A stretch of DNA of 64,000 nucleotides. Origin: an uncultured Chlamydiae bacterium. GTDB lineage: Bacteria; Chlamydiota; Chlamydiia; Chlamydiales; SM23-39. Made by a program: the position numbers and the translations under genes. The DNA lies in contig CAWHDP010000002.1 in NCBI GenBank assembly GCA_963828125.1, forward strand, positions 544,001 to 608,000. The letters are read 5' to 3'. Below the pieces are notes generated by a model. The model ran no database searches. It was not told where the DNA came from and saw only the letters and a list, made by a program, of their open reading frames with translations. Positions 23,835-33,607 of this stretch are shown here, one piece after another; positions within the stretch are counted from its first letter, which is position 1; each line of letters begins with the position of its first letter.

Positions 23835-25135
23835 TACCAACCTCCTCCGGTAATAGCTTCATACTCGGTAAGAGGACGAAGCAGCTCGGCAGGTTTGATT
23901 GGAGCATTTGGAACTTCCATTTTCATGCACCAATTAGCCCCTACGATTCCCTTTAAATGATGAGGATTGATGGAGCGTTGCCTCTCTCCTATGCAGACAG
24001 GGTGACGGGCTATTTCGTCAGCATCATAGAGGATTTTGACTTCAGTTTCGGTTAATTGTACTGTGACCTCTTTTTTAATGAAGTGCCATGGCACACTGTA
24101 AAAATTTGTATCCACCTCCACACAAGCATCCGTATGGACCGATCTTTGCATCTCTCTTCCCAAATAGAAAGGTGGCTTCCCATTTAGCGGTTGAAGAACA
24201 GCTTTTTCTTCTTTCTCAAAGCGATCGATTGGTTTTTCTCCAGTAGTCCCATGGATTCTGAGGTCTGAAATATCTCTCATCCACCAAACGATATGTTCGC
24301 CAAGAGCCTCCCAGCTTGAGAACTCCCTTCCGGCAATTCCATTATACTTAAAATATTTGACCGTGTTTTCGTCCTTCCCCTTCGTTCTTGCTCTATAAGG
24401 GGCGCATGCTTTGGGCTTGAATTTCCAATAGTTAGCAAACGCATGTAGGCGTTCATTGAACACCACTTCTCGTGTCTGCGGGTTGTGACTGATAACAAGT
24501 GGCTTTGGATTGTCCATTAAGACTTCTGATGGGATCCCTCCAAAATGGTTAAAGGCTCCTTCAAGCCCCTCAAACCAGGCCGATTGTCGTTCATGGATAA
24601 AGGCCTGTATATATTGGCGGCGTGAAAAACCAAGAACTGCCGCGAAAAAATAGATCTTCTTCGGCTCTCCTGCAATCTTGATAGTAATCGATCCAAAGTC
24701 AATTTGCATCTGCTTGCCCGGCGGCGTCTCAAACCGAATCGTCGCCTTTGCTGAAGCAAAGGCCCTTTGTCTAAATAGTTTAACTGCTCTTTCGACAGTG
24801 CGTAGATCAGCTTGCAGATTGTGTTGACGAACCAACTCTTGGCGGATAACCTCTGCATTACCTTTATGGAGGTTAAACATTTCTTCGAGCCAGACATCTA
24901 ATGCTTCCAGCCTCTTAATTCTTTTGGGAATATTATACGGGCGCCATTTCCCTTGTCGCCGGTAGTGTTTAACGGTATTGGCACTAATTCCAAGCTCTTT
25001 GGCAATCCGTCTTTTACCCCACCCTTCTGATGACAAATATAAAATTTTCTCTACGACATTAGGTGGTTCCATTCTCTCTTTACTGTCTCCTGTTACAACA
25101 GCAGAGATTTTATTGGGTTCCATGCTTACTCTCAC
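23834..25135 (-). CDS. istA: IS21 DDE transposase IstA
   Basis: HTH, RFETPPGKQMQIDFG, MDNPK, RARTKGKDE. Confidence 0.96.
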   Translation of the reverse strand: MRVSMEPNKISAVVTGDSKERMEPPNVVEKILYLSSEGWGKRRIAKELGISANTVKHYRRQGKWRPYNIPKRIKRLEALDVWLEEMFNLHKGNAEVIRQELVRQHNLQADLRTVERAVKLFRQRAFASAKATIRFETPPGKQMQIDFGSITIKIAGEPKKIYFFAAVLGFSRRQYIQAFIHERQSAWFEGLEGAFNHFGGIPSEVLMDNPKPLVISHNPQTREVVFNERLHAFANYWKFKPKACAPYRARTKGKDENTVKYFKYNGIAGREFSSWEALGEHIVWWMRDISDLRIHGTTGEKPIDRFEKEEKAVLQPLNGKPPFYLGREMQRSVHTDACVEVDTNFYSVPWHFIKKEVTVQLTETEVKILYDADEIARHPVCIGERQRSINPHHLKGIVGANWCMKMEVPNAPIKPAELLRPLTEYEAITGGGW

Positions 25136-25219
25136 TTCAAATAGGGGGGTGGGTCACTTTTCAATGTCGAAAGGGGGTCATTTTACACTGTCGCCTGACA
25201 CGGCTAAAAGAGGTCTGTA

Positions 25220-25528
25220 ATGATACAATATAGAATCCATGGAACCACTGCCGAAAATCTTAAAGAAAAAATAACCTCTTTTGATTTCTATTCTAGAGAA
25301 TTGGAGGGCATTCACCTTAAGTTAAAACCCAGATGGACAGAGGCAGGAGTGTGTCCATTTCACCAAGATAACAAAAAAGGATCATTTTATGTGAACCTTC
25401 AGAATGGGGCCTATAGATGTTTTTCATGCGGAGCTAAAGGAGGAGACATCATTCGATTCGTCCAGGAGAGATATCAGGTTGATTTCAAAGACGCTATGCA
25501 AAAATTAAGAAATGACTGGGGATTGTAA
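25220..25528 (+). CDS. Stand-alone CHC2 zinc finger (primase zinc-binding domain)
   Basis: CPFH.D..GSF.V.....YRCFSCGAKGGD.I.F. Confidence 0.9.
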   Translation: MIQYRIHGTTAENLKEKITSFDFYSRELEGIHLKLKPRWTEAGVCPFHQDNKKGSFYVNLQNGAYRCFSCGAKGGDIIRFVQERYQVDFKDAMQKLRNDWGL

Positions 25529-25529
25529 G

Positions 25530-25730
25530 ATGAATGAGCCTCTTGGAAAGATCCTAAGAGCAAAAAGAACGGAATCTGAGCTTTCTCAGGAAAAATTGGC
25601 AGATTTGGCTGGATTGCATTTCACTTATGTGAGTTCGGTTGAGCGAGGCGAGCGAAATATCTCTCTGGAAAATATAGGACGACTAGCAAAGGCGCTGAAT
25701 TGTCGTATCAAGGACTTATTTGTCGAGTAA
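25530..25730 (+). CDS. XRE-family HTH regulator (C-protein-like)
   Basis: SQEKLADLAGLHFTYVSSVERGERNISL. Confidence 0.9.
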   Translation: MNEPLGKILRAKRTESELSQEKLADLAGLHFTYVSSVERGERNISLENIGRLAKALNCRIKDLFVE

Positions 25731-26068
25731 GTAAAAACTTAATTCATACAATTAAAAAGAAAAATTAAGTCAATTTCTAGCGACCAAAGATTATTAAAAA
25801 TAGGGATTTTAAAAGTTTTTCAACAAAAGCCCCCAACTTCCTTTGTCTTCCTGATTTTGTTAATGGAATCCCTATCTCTCTTGAAATACGAGCTTTAAAG
25901 GCTGAAATTCCCAGGAATCGTCTCCACGAAAAGCCGCCGCGATTCATCTACTTTTACCTTGTATAAATACAAACAATTTAATTTAAAAATACACCTCTTA
26001 TTTTAGCTTTATTTAGCAACTTCATTCAAGTATAATTCGATCGAATTAATAAATTAAAAGGAGTAGTT

Positions 26069-28546
26069 TTGTCTACTATTGAGATTGGGATTGATTTAGG
26101 AACTACTAATTCTTCCGTAGCCGTCATTCAACAAAGCGATGTGTATATTCTTAAAAATGCATTAGGAGAAGAGAGCACGCCTTCTGTTGTTTATGCTGAT
26201 AGGAACGGAAATATTGTAGTCGGATCGAAAGCAAAACGAGTAATGAATAATTCAAAAGAAAACCTGCAGAATAGCAAGGCTGAAATTAAACGCCTTATGG
26301 GGACTGCAGAAACCATTTCATTTCCAAATCTCAATAAGAAAATGCTGCCTGAAGAAATTTCCGCAGAAATCCTCAAGACTCTTAAAAGCGATGTCCAAAG
26401 AAAGTATCCCGAGATATCACTGAATGCTGCTGTGATTACTGTGCCTGCTTATTTTTCTACTGTGCAGTCCGAGGCAACGAAGCGAGCAGGAAGCTTGGCC
26501 GGTTTTAAGCAAATCGTGCTTCTCCAAGAGCCTATTGCTGCTGCAATTGCTTATGGATTTCTCAATCAAAAAAATGAAAATTGGCTGGTATACGACCTCG
26601 GAGGAGGCACTTTTGATGTTGCCCTCGTTGCCTCACGGGACGGATTTCTTACGGTTCTAGCCCATGCGGGAGATAATTTTTTAGGAGGCAAAGACTTTGA
26701 TGCCGCCATCATCCAGAATTTGATCATTCCTTCTCTTTCTGCTAAGGCCATAGTTCTCGATCCAATAACCCATTCCCAAGTCTTTAGCTATTTGAAAGAG
26801 CTCGCAGAGTCTGCAAAAATCGAGCTTACTGTCAGCGATAAAACAACCATCGACATCGATATCCAAGTAAATCAACTGCAGGTCCAACATTCCCTCGAGA
26901 TATCAAAAGAAGATCTCCTGGAGAGCTGCAGGCACCTGCTCAACAAAACAGTCGATCTCTGTAAGAAAACAATCAGCGATGCGAAAGTCGATCCTGCAAC
27001 AGTTCAAAAGATCGTCCTTGTCGGCGGTCCGACTCAGATGCCTATCCTGCAAGCCTTTTTGAAGGAGACGCTGCACATCAAAGTGGATGGATGTCTGGAC
27101 CCTATCACTGTTGTTGCAAAAGGCGCTGCTATGTTCGGCAATCAAACAAGGATCACTGAACAGAAAGAGAGTGTCAGCACATCAATCGCCGCCTGTGAGC
27201 TAGAAGTGAATTACAATCCAGTTACATCAGATGATGATCAAACAGTCACTGGGAAGGTCTTGCGCTACGCCGAAGCCGTGCAGCCCTATTCAGTGCAATT
27301 TGTGAGTTCTGATGACTCCTTTGCTTCTGAAGAGATTTTAATAAAAAACGGCAAGTTCATACTGACGCTTCCTACAGGGAAAAAGGGCACGCAGTACTGG
27401 ATCTATATTAAAGACAGCAGTGAAAAGTTGATTGCATCCGCGCCAGAAAGCATCCACATCAATCGAGGCGTTTCCATTATGGGAGCCCCTCTCCCCTATT
27501 CAATCGGAGTGTCTGTGATCACGCTGTCCTCTAACAAAGGTTATGCGGAAGCGACAGAGACGATGGAATTTTTCTTCTCTAAAAACAGCATTCTTCCTCT
27601 CAAGGAGAGAAAACGCTTTCATACCGTAGCCGACCTTAAAGCCGGATCATCCGAGAATGGCCTTCCTATTTGCATCTATGAAGGGGAATCTCTGATTACA
27701 AATCGGAACACCTTGGTGTGCCATCTGGCGATTATGGGCAAAGCGATAGCTAAAGACCTGAAGAGAGGCTCTCCTGTCGATATTACAATCGAGATCAATG
27801 AGTCCAGAGAACTCACGGTGATGGCTTATCTCCCTGATTCCGATATTACCCTTAATGCAAGAGAAACTCTCTACTTCGATGCAGCAAAAATCGACGAAGT
27901 AAAAAAGGACTTTACAGAGCAGGTGTCAAGGTCTGAATCCGTAATCGATTCCGAAGAGCCCTCGAATGAAGCGAACGTCATCAAAAATATGATTAAAGAT
28001 ATCCAATCCACCATCGACCATTCGGGAGCTGACTCAGATCAGCAGAGAAAGGCTGAAAAGCAAGTGAAGGATCTAATGATGGCATTGGACCAAATGGAAG
28101 CAAAAACAAAATATAACGGGAATGTCTCTTCATTCTGGAAAGAGTGCCAGGAGCTTTCTGATTATCTGGAAGATTGCAACCCGCCGGAAAAACGAGCGGA
28201 ATATGAAGCTGCCTATAATACCCTGCGCAAAGAGGGCCTCTCTGCCATCGCCAAGCAGGATGCAGTATGGATCGGGCATATTGTCCAGAAGTTGAACCAG
28301 CTGCATTTCAAATGCCAATTCTCTGACACCCGCTTCCTTGCTCCCTGGATTCAGGAACTGATAAAGCTGGCTGAGGAAAAAGCGCATGCCCATCCATCTC
28401 TGTCCGGCCTGATCAGCAGAGCCCAGGACGCTCTGGCTAAATCCGATGTGAAGGAAATGCAGGAAGTCATCCACGCTCTTTATCCATTTACAGGAGAAGA
28501 GGGAAAGCCTCAGGTCAAGTTTGTAAAGTCGGGAATTATGCTATGA
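26069..28546 (+). CDS. Specialised Hsp70 family protein (not housekeeping DnaK)
   Basis: [44 protein letters not shown]; 825 aa; TTG start with AAGGAG RBS. Confidence 0.92.
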   Translation: MSTIEIGIDLGTTNSSVAVIQQSDVYILKNALGEESTPSVVYADRNGNIVVGSKAKRVMNNSKENLQNSKAEIKRLMGTAETISFPNLNKKMLPEEISAEILKTLKSDVQRKYPEISLNAAVITVPAYFSTVQSEATKRAGSLAGFKQIVLLQEPIAAAIAYGFLNQKNENWLVYDLGGGTFDVALVASRDGFLTVLAHAGDNFLGGKDFDAAIIQNLIIPSLSAKAIVLDPITHSQVFSYLKELAESAKIELTVSDKTTIDIDIQVNQLQVQHSLEISKEDLLESCRHLLNKTVDLCKKTISDAKVDPATVQKIVLVGGPTQMPILQAFLKETLHIKVDGCLDPITVVAKGAAMFGNQTRITEQKESVSTSIAACELEVNYNPVTSDDDQTVTGKVLRYAEAVQPYSVQFVSSDDSFASEEILIKNGKFILTLPTGKKGTQYWIYIKDSSEKLIASAPESIHINRGVSIMGAPLPYSIGVSVITLSSNKGYAEATETMEFFFSKNSILPLKERKRFHTVADLKAGSSENGLPICIYEGESLITNRNTLVCHLAIMGKAIAKDLKRGSPVDITIEINESRELTVMAYLPDSDITLNARETLYFDAAKIDEVKKDFTEQVSRSESVIDSEEPSNEANVIKNMIKDIQSTIDHSGADSDQQRKAEKQVKDLMMALDQMEAKTKYNGNVSSFWKECQELSDYLEDCNPPEKRAEYEAAYNTLRKEGLSAIAKQDAVWIGHIVQKLNQLHFKCQFSDTRFLAPWIQELIKLAEEKAHAHPSLSGLISRAQDALAKSDVKEMQEVIHALYPFTGEEGKPQVKFVKSGIML

Positions 28547-30408
28547 CCGCCCAACTGCCGCAAATACTGATCAGGAATTCATTCAATATCCTCGGCCTTT
28601 CTTCCTCATCAGCATTGAAAGAAATAAGAAAAAAATCCCAGCAGCTGCTTCAGTTCGCAAAAATTGAAGAAGTTCAAGAGTTCGATACGGACATCGGCCA
28701 TGTAAGGGAATTCCGGAATGAAGGCGAAATCCGCCAGGCGCTGGAAAGAGTTTCCAGCATCCAAGAACGCTTGCAGGAGATTTTCTTCTGGTTCGACGAC
28801 CACAGCATAGAAAGCCGGAAAGCCGTCGCCCTGATATCCAAGGAAGACTACAGAGGTGCTCTTGAGATTTTCGATAAAGCAGACAAGGCAAATGCCGATT
28901 GGCTTGGATGTAAAAATTTAGCCCTGACGTTGATGTTTCACGCTTTTGCCACCTCCAGCCTCGACAGCTTCTGTCGTTCATTGAATTTTTGGAAGCTCAT
29001 TGCGGAATCAGATGATTTTTGGAAATTCTATGAAAAGCACTATCTTTTGCATGACGAATTGGGAACTTCATCCTCTTTATTCCAGGAGTTCAGAAGCTCT
29101 ATCTGCGAAATTCTTTCAGCGAAAGCAGTTTCTTTCTACCACCAAACAAAGAATCCAGAAGCTATAGGCGCCTGCTATTCCTCATTTGGACGAATTGGAA
29201 AAATCATAGACGTTGAGATCCTTCAACCGATCATTTTGAAGGTAAAAAAAGAAATAGAAGAACTAGAGAATATAGACACCAAATTAGAGCTGGATACAGC
29301 TTCGATCAGGAGAGTCCTTAAAAAAATTCACAAATTCTTCTCTGATCTGGATAAATTTGAACTTTCTGAATACAGCCCTCTGACTCTTCTTAAAAACGAT
29401 ACTGCGGAGAAACTGAGGTCCATATCGGTCGATATCTACAATCAAAATGCCGATTCCGAAATTGCGCGCCTCTTCCTCGAACAAGGCTCCAAGCTTGCAG
29501 TGTCGGAAGCAATTGCGGACAAAATCAAGGCCGACAAAAGACAGCTCCAGGAAAACGAAACATGGCAGTCGGTTTCCGGCAAGTTTGAAAAGGTTAAAAC
29601 CTTGATCGCGGATCAGAGCCTAGAAGAGGCTAAAAGCGCCTATCTGAGCCTAGATAATGAGCTGGCTGGACAATCCGATGAATCTTCAGTAGGAAGCCGC
29701 ACCCAGCTGCTGATCAACTATTGCTCGCTGCTGATGGAGAAGGGGCATGAGCTCTTTGGAAAAAAGAAATTTGGCATTGGAATGCTTGCAATTTCCGGCC
29801 TCTTGAATAGGAAAAGCCACAAAAACGCAATTCTTGCCTTCGAGCATGCTTCAGAAATACTGAAAGACCGGATGCATCTGTTTGATTTTATCGACCCTGC
29901 TGCAAATAGAGCCTCGCTTTCAAAAAACATGGACACCATATCCGGCAATCTAACGAAGTGCGAATTAGCATCCTTGTTCGATCATCATCAGTCTTATCTG
30001 CAGACAGTAGAAGAGATAGCGCATGAGCAACGCAATGAAAACACTCAGATTGCAATAAAACTTCTGGGAGCAGCGGTCTGCTTTAGTATTTTATATCGGA
30101 GATTCTATGGCGTCACACAGAGAAAAATGTGGAAATGGATAGGATGGGGAGCGGCGATCGCATTCTATTTTTTTGTGATCATGGGTAACGACAAACCTGA
30201 GCCAAAAACGTCTTACAAAAGCAGTAGCTATCAATCCAAGCCTTCTTATTCCGCTTCATCCCCATCTTTGAGTTACGAGGAAAAAGAGATCATTGAATAT
30301 CTGCAGATAAATGAACCTGAAATCTTAAAAAACATTAGAAAAGAGGGCTACTCTGATAAACAGATAGCCCGGTATCTAATAGAACACGCTGACGACGAGG
30401 AAGAATGA
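28543..30408 (+). CDS. Helical protein with J-domain-like N-terminus and C-terminal TM segment
   Basis: NSFNILGL...ALKEIRKK (J helix I/II, no HPD); TM WIGWGAAIAFYFFVIM; ATGA overlaps on both sides. Confidence 0.6.
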   Translation: MTAQLPQILIRNSFNILGLSSSSALKEIRKKSQQLLQFAKIEEVQEFDTDIGHVREFRNEGEIRQALERVSSIQERLQEIFFWFDDHSIESRKAVALISKEDYRGALEIFDKADKANADWLGCKNLALTLMFHAFATSSLDSFCRSLNFWKLIAESDDFWKFYEKHYLLHDELGTSSSLFQEFRSSICEILSAKAVSFYHQTKNPEAIGACYSSFGRIGKIIDVEILQPIILKVKKEIEELENIDTKLELDTASIRRVLKKIHKFFSDLDKFELSEYSPLTLLKNDTAEKLRSISVDIYNQNADSEIARLFLEQGSKLAVSEAIADKIKADKRQLQENETWQSVSGKFEKVKTLIADQSLEEAKSAYLSLDNELAGQSDESSVGSRTQLLINYCSLLMEKGHELFGKKKFGIGMLAISGLLNRKSHKNAILAFEHASEILKDRMHLFDFIDPAANRASLSKNMDTISGNLTKCELASLFDHHQSYLQTVEEIAHEQRNENTQIAIKLLGAAVCFSILYRRFYGVTQRKMWKWIGWGAAIAFYFFVIMGNDKPEPKTSYKSSSYQSKPSYSASSPSLSYEEKEIIEYLQINEPEILKNIRKEGYSDKQIARYLIEHADDEEE

Positions 30409-31478
30409 TAAATTTTGACAAACCCTCATTTCCTCCCGGATGGATTCTCCCAGGGGGAGCCAAGATCCTCAAAAGAGTCGACAAACAGCAGTTTGTCGAG
30501 GTATTCAGCCTTGATTCCGGCGAATACCTGTATTTATTTCATGAAGAAGAAATTGTAAAAAGACTGAAAAATCGTGACATTTCTCATGAGATATTATTTG
30601 CGAGCGGAATGCAGGTTGCCGGTAAGAGATATCCCGATCATAAAGATGGGGACATACCCGAGAGGTTGAAAAATCTGATTCAAAGAAAAGGTTTGGATGC
30701 CATTGCTGGAATGTCAACGCTTAAAAATACACTGATCAGAGACGTGATTCAGCCATTTCTGAACTGGGAAGCATATGAAAAATACGGAGTCACTCCTTCC
30801 AACGGCATTCTTTTTTTCGGACCGCCGGGTTGCGGCAAGACATTCATAGCAAAGAAGCTGGCAGAGGCTATGAGAGCCGAACTTATTGAGATGAGCGAAG
30901 GAACCGTAGGCAGTCCCTACATTCACGCAACATCAAATAACATCGTGCAAGCCTTCAGAAAGGCTGAGCAAATAGCTCCATGCGTTCTTTTTGTAGATGA
31001 AATCTCGGGATTAATGCCTAGAAGAGACAGCTTGTCCTCTTCCGAACAATATCGGGAAGCCGAGATCAGCGAATTTTTAATGCACATGGAAGGCAGCGTA
31101 AAGAAGAAGGTCTTGGTTATCGGAGCAACTAATTTTCCAGAAAGAATCGATCCGGCGATTCTACGTTCTGGACGAATGGATAAAAGGATCTTCATTCCAC
31201 CTCCGGATATAGAAGCGCGATGCGAGCTTTTCCACCTGCTGTTAGAAGAAAGACCGATTAGCAACGACATCGATTTTGATACACTTGCGAAGATCACTGA
31301 AGGGTTAATTTCCTCTGATCTGAAGTTAATTGCCAATAACGCCGCCTTGAAGGCATTGCAGGAAAACGCCTTAATATCTATGGCATTATTGGTAGAAGAG
31401 ACTTCCCGATTTAAACCCTCGTTAAGCCAAGCTGATTTGGATCGATATCTCGCATTCGAAGCCTATCGCAGAGATTGA
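30405..31478 (+). CDS. Classical-clade AAA+ ATPase (CDC48/FtsH-like module)
   Basis: GPPGCGKT, LFVDE, IGATNFPERIDPAILRSGRMD (SRH with arginine fingers). Confidence 0.93.
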   Translation: MINFDKPSFPPGWILPGGAKILKRVDKQQFVEVFSLDSGEYLYLFHEEEIVKRLKNRDISHEILFASGMQVAGKRYPDHKDGDIPERLKNLIQRKGLDAIAGMSTLKNTLIRDVIQPFLNWEAYEKYGVTPSNGILFFGPPGCGKTFIAKKLAEAMRAELIEMSEGTVGSPYIHATSNNIVQAFRKAEQIAPCVLFVDEISGLMPRRDSLSSSEQYREAEISEFLMHMEGSVKKKVLVIGATNFPERIDPAILRSGRMDKRIFIPPPDIEARCELFHLLLEERPISNDIDFDTLAKITEGLISSDLKLIANNAALKALQENALISMALLVEETSRFKPSLSQADLDRYLAFEAYRRD

Positions 31479-31556
31479 AGCATGGACCAGCAAGGCATAA
31501 CGCCCTCTACATAAGACGTTTTTCAGATCTGTCCAGAAATTCTCAGTCCGCTGGAT

Positions 31557-31613
31557 TTTTAACTTAGAAATAAAACCCACTTGACTATATTGGGCGTTTA
31601 TTCTAAGTTAAAA
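31557..31613 (+). promoter_or_regulatory. Inverted-repeat operator/promoter of the abiE operon
   Basis: ttttaacttagaaataaaaccca / tgggcgtttattctaagttaaaa inverted repeat flanking TTGACT, 2 bp before the ATG. Confidence 0.7.
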
Positions 31614-31615
31614 GA

Positions 31616-32212
31616 ATGAGACCCAAAACTTGCTTTCTTGCCCTTAGCCCCCTTCTCAAAAATTCCTCGTTTACATCGAAGGAAGCTCGAGCCCTTGGAG
31701 TATCCTCGGAAGTTCTTGCCCATTACGTCAAAACAGGAAAACTGAAAAGAATCAGCCGAGGTCTCTATCGAAAAGCTGGCCATGAAGAACTTTCCCCCAC
31801 TCAATGGAATGACCTAGTAGAGGCCATTTCCATTATCCCTGGTGGAGTCGTCTGCCTCATATCAGCGCTAGCTCTTTACGATCTGACAGAAGAACTACCT
31901 CGCCAGCATTGGATTGGCATTCGGCACGGGACTTCATCTAGAAGCACCCGCCAGATTAAAATCGTCCGTTTCCGCAATCTGGAACTAGGCAAAACCGAGA
32001 TCGACCTTGAGGGAGCAATCATTCCCATTTTCGACCGGGAGCGAACAATTGTAGATGCCTTTCGGCTCCTAAGCCGTGAGATTGCGATCAAAGCTCTAAA
32101 AGCAGCCCTTGCCAAAGGAGGAAAAAATCGTCTCGACCTCGTAAAGCTGGAAGCGTATGCTAAGAAGCTCCGATTTAATCTTGCCCCTTATTTGCTGAGT
32201 GTAACCACATGA
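31616..32212 (+). CDS. abiEi: Type IV TA antitoxin, AbiEi family
   Basis: N-terminal wHTH (G.LKRISRGLY), CLISALALYDLT, ERTIVD. Confidence 0.88.
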   Translation: MRPKTCFLALSPLLKNSSFTSKEARALGVSSEVLAHYVKTGKLKRISRGLYRKAGHEELSPTQWNDLVEAISIIPGGVVCLISALALYDLTEELPRQHWIGIRHGTSSRSTRQIKIVRFRNLELGKTEIDLEGAIIPIFDRERTIVDAFRLLSREIAIKALKAALAKGGKNRLDLVKLEAYAKKLRFNLAPYLLSVTT

Positions 32213-33057
32213 TCAATGAACAAGCCCTGAAAGCTCGACTCCAGACGATTGCCAAAGAAAAAGGCATGCCATTCAATTCATGCTTGAAACAGCTACTTCT
32301 GGAAAGGTTTCTTGCTAGACTAGGTCGTTCTGCCTATGCCGACAAACTAATCTTCAAAGGGGGCTTTTTGCTCGCCTACATGATGCGGATAGGTAGGGAA
32401 ACGGTAGATCTTGACTTTCTCCTTACTCGAATGAAGGCTGAGAAGGCCTCCATTGAAGAGATCTGCAAAGAGATCGCCGCGGTCTCTCTTGAAGATGGAT
32501 TTACTTTTTCTTTTGCAGGTGTTGAGCTACTCTCTCAGCCTCATATGGATTATCCGGGATATCGAATTACGCTTAATACCTCTTTCGCAAAAATGAAGGA
32601 CAAAATTCACATCGATGTGGGAGTAGGCGACATTGTTGAACCACAGCATCGAGAGATCAAACTTTTCCAATATCGCGGGAAGCCCTTCTTTGAAGATGCG
32701 GTTTCTCTCTTGGTTTATCCAGTCGAGACGATTTTCGCAGAAAAATTAGAAACAGTTCTCTCCAAAGGCTCAAAAAACAGTCGAATGAAAGACTATCACG
32801 ATCTTTTTCTCTTAGTTCATAGCAAGGGATTGATCGAGTCAAAAAAACTCAAAGAGGCTGTGACAAAAACATTCAAGAACAGAGGAACAACCCTCTCAGC
32901 TATTCAATTCGATTCTACCGGACTAAAATCGCTTCAACAACTCTGGGCGGCTCATCTGGATGGACTTGGCGATATCGCAAAAGATCTAGCTCTACCCAAG
33001 AGCATCGAGACCGTAATCGAAGAAATCAACCGTGGGCAGGAATTGCTTTTAGGGTAA
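32209..33057 (+). CDS. abiEii: Type IV TA toxin, AbiEii nucleotidyltransferase
   Basis: LIFKGG, R.TVDLD, E..FAEKL, SRMKDYHD. Confidence 0.92.
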   Translation: MINEQALKARLQTIAKEKGMPFNSCLKQLLLERFLARLGRSAYADKLIFKGGFLLAYMMRIGRETVDLDFLLTRMKAEKASIEEICKEIAAVSLEDGFTFSFAGVELLSQPHMDYPGYRITLNTSFAKMKDKIHIDVGVGDIVEPQHREIKLFQYRGKPFFEDAVSLLVYPVETIFAEKLETVLSKGSKNSRMKDYHDLFLLVHSKGLIESKKLKEAVTKTFKNRGTTLSAIQFDSTGLKSLQQLWAAHLDGLGDIAKDLALPKSIETVIEEINRGQELLLG

Positions 33058-33060
33058 TCA

Positions 33061-33411
33061 TCAATGCCGATCCGCAGAACAAACCCGATTTTTCGAATGC
33101 GCTTTTATCCATTCAAAGAAAGCTTGCTCATTGATCACAACCCGCTTTCCAACTTTGATAAACACCTTGTCGAGTCCCCTTTTATGTCGATTTTTGGCCA
33201 AATGCCTCAAAGCTCCGAGTGTTGGCCAGTCATGGGGCCATTTGATTAGGGGTATAAATCGATTTTGCTGAACTTTCACCTCTTTAGGCAGCCTTGACCC
33301 TACTAAGACGCTTTCTTTCGATTGTAGGACAAGCCATGAGTCCAAAATATGAGTCATTTCTCTGATTTTTCCGCATAAGGCCCGAAGCGCTTGAATTGTG
33401 TCTGCATCCAT
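33061..33411 (-). CDS. Second excisionase-like DNA-binding protein
   Basis: LGALRHL......GL..VFIKVGKRVVI....FFEWI aligns with the 22590 protein; GGAGG RBS before ATG 33411. Confidence 0.65.
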   Translation of the reverse strand: MDADTIQALRALCGKIREMTHILDSWLVLQSKESVLVGSRLPKEVKVQQNRFIPLIKWPHDWPTLGALRHLAKNRHKRGLDKVFIKVGKRVVINEQAFFEWIKAHSKNRVCSADRH

Positions 33412-33607
33412 AAAACCTCCTCGCTTTTTTGGCAAATAATTCAGACATAATGGAGATATCTAAAAAGCATTCACTTTGCAAGATTCGATAGAGATGTGCT
33501 TGGCTCCGTCCTAGTCAAACAGCGCGCGATAGTCAGTTTAAACGCCGTTCTATCGACACGGAAGAGAGAAATCGGTACAATTCTCTTTTTTCTCAACCCC
33601 CAAAGCA

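Larger units (their letters stand above)
22818..25200 (-). mobile_element. IS21-family insertion sequence
   Basis: TGTCA...TGACA ends, long imperfect IRs with repeated AAAGTGACCCACC, 5-bp TSD CGGCT (22813-22817 / 25201-25205), istA-istB. Confidence 0.95.

Noticed and set aside
26069..28546. Housekeeping dnaK
   Set aside because: Island location, no grpE/hrcA, inserted domain and divergent SBD
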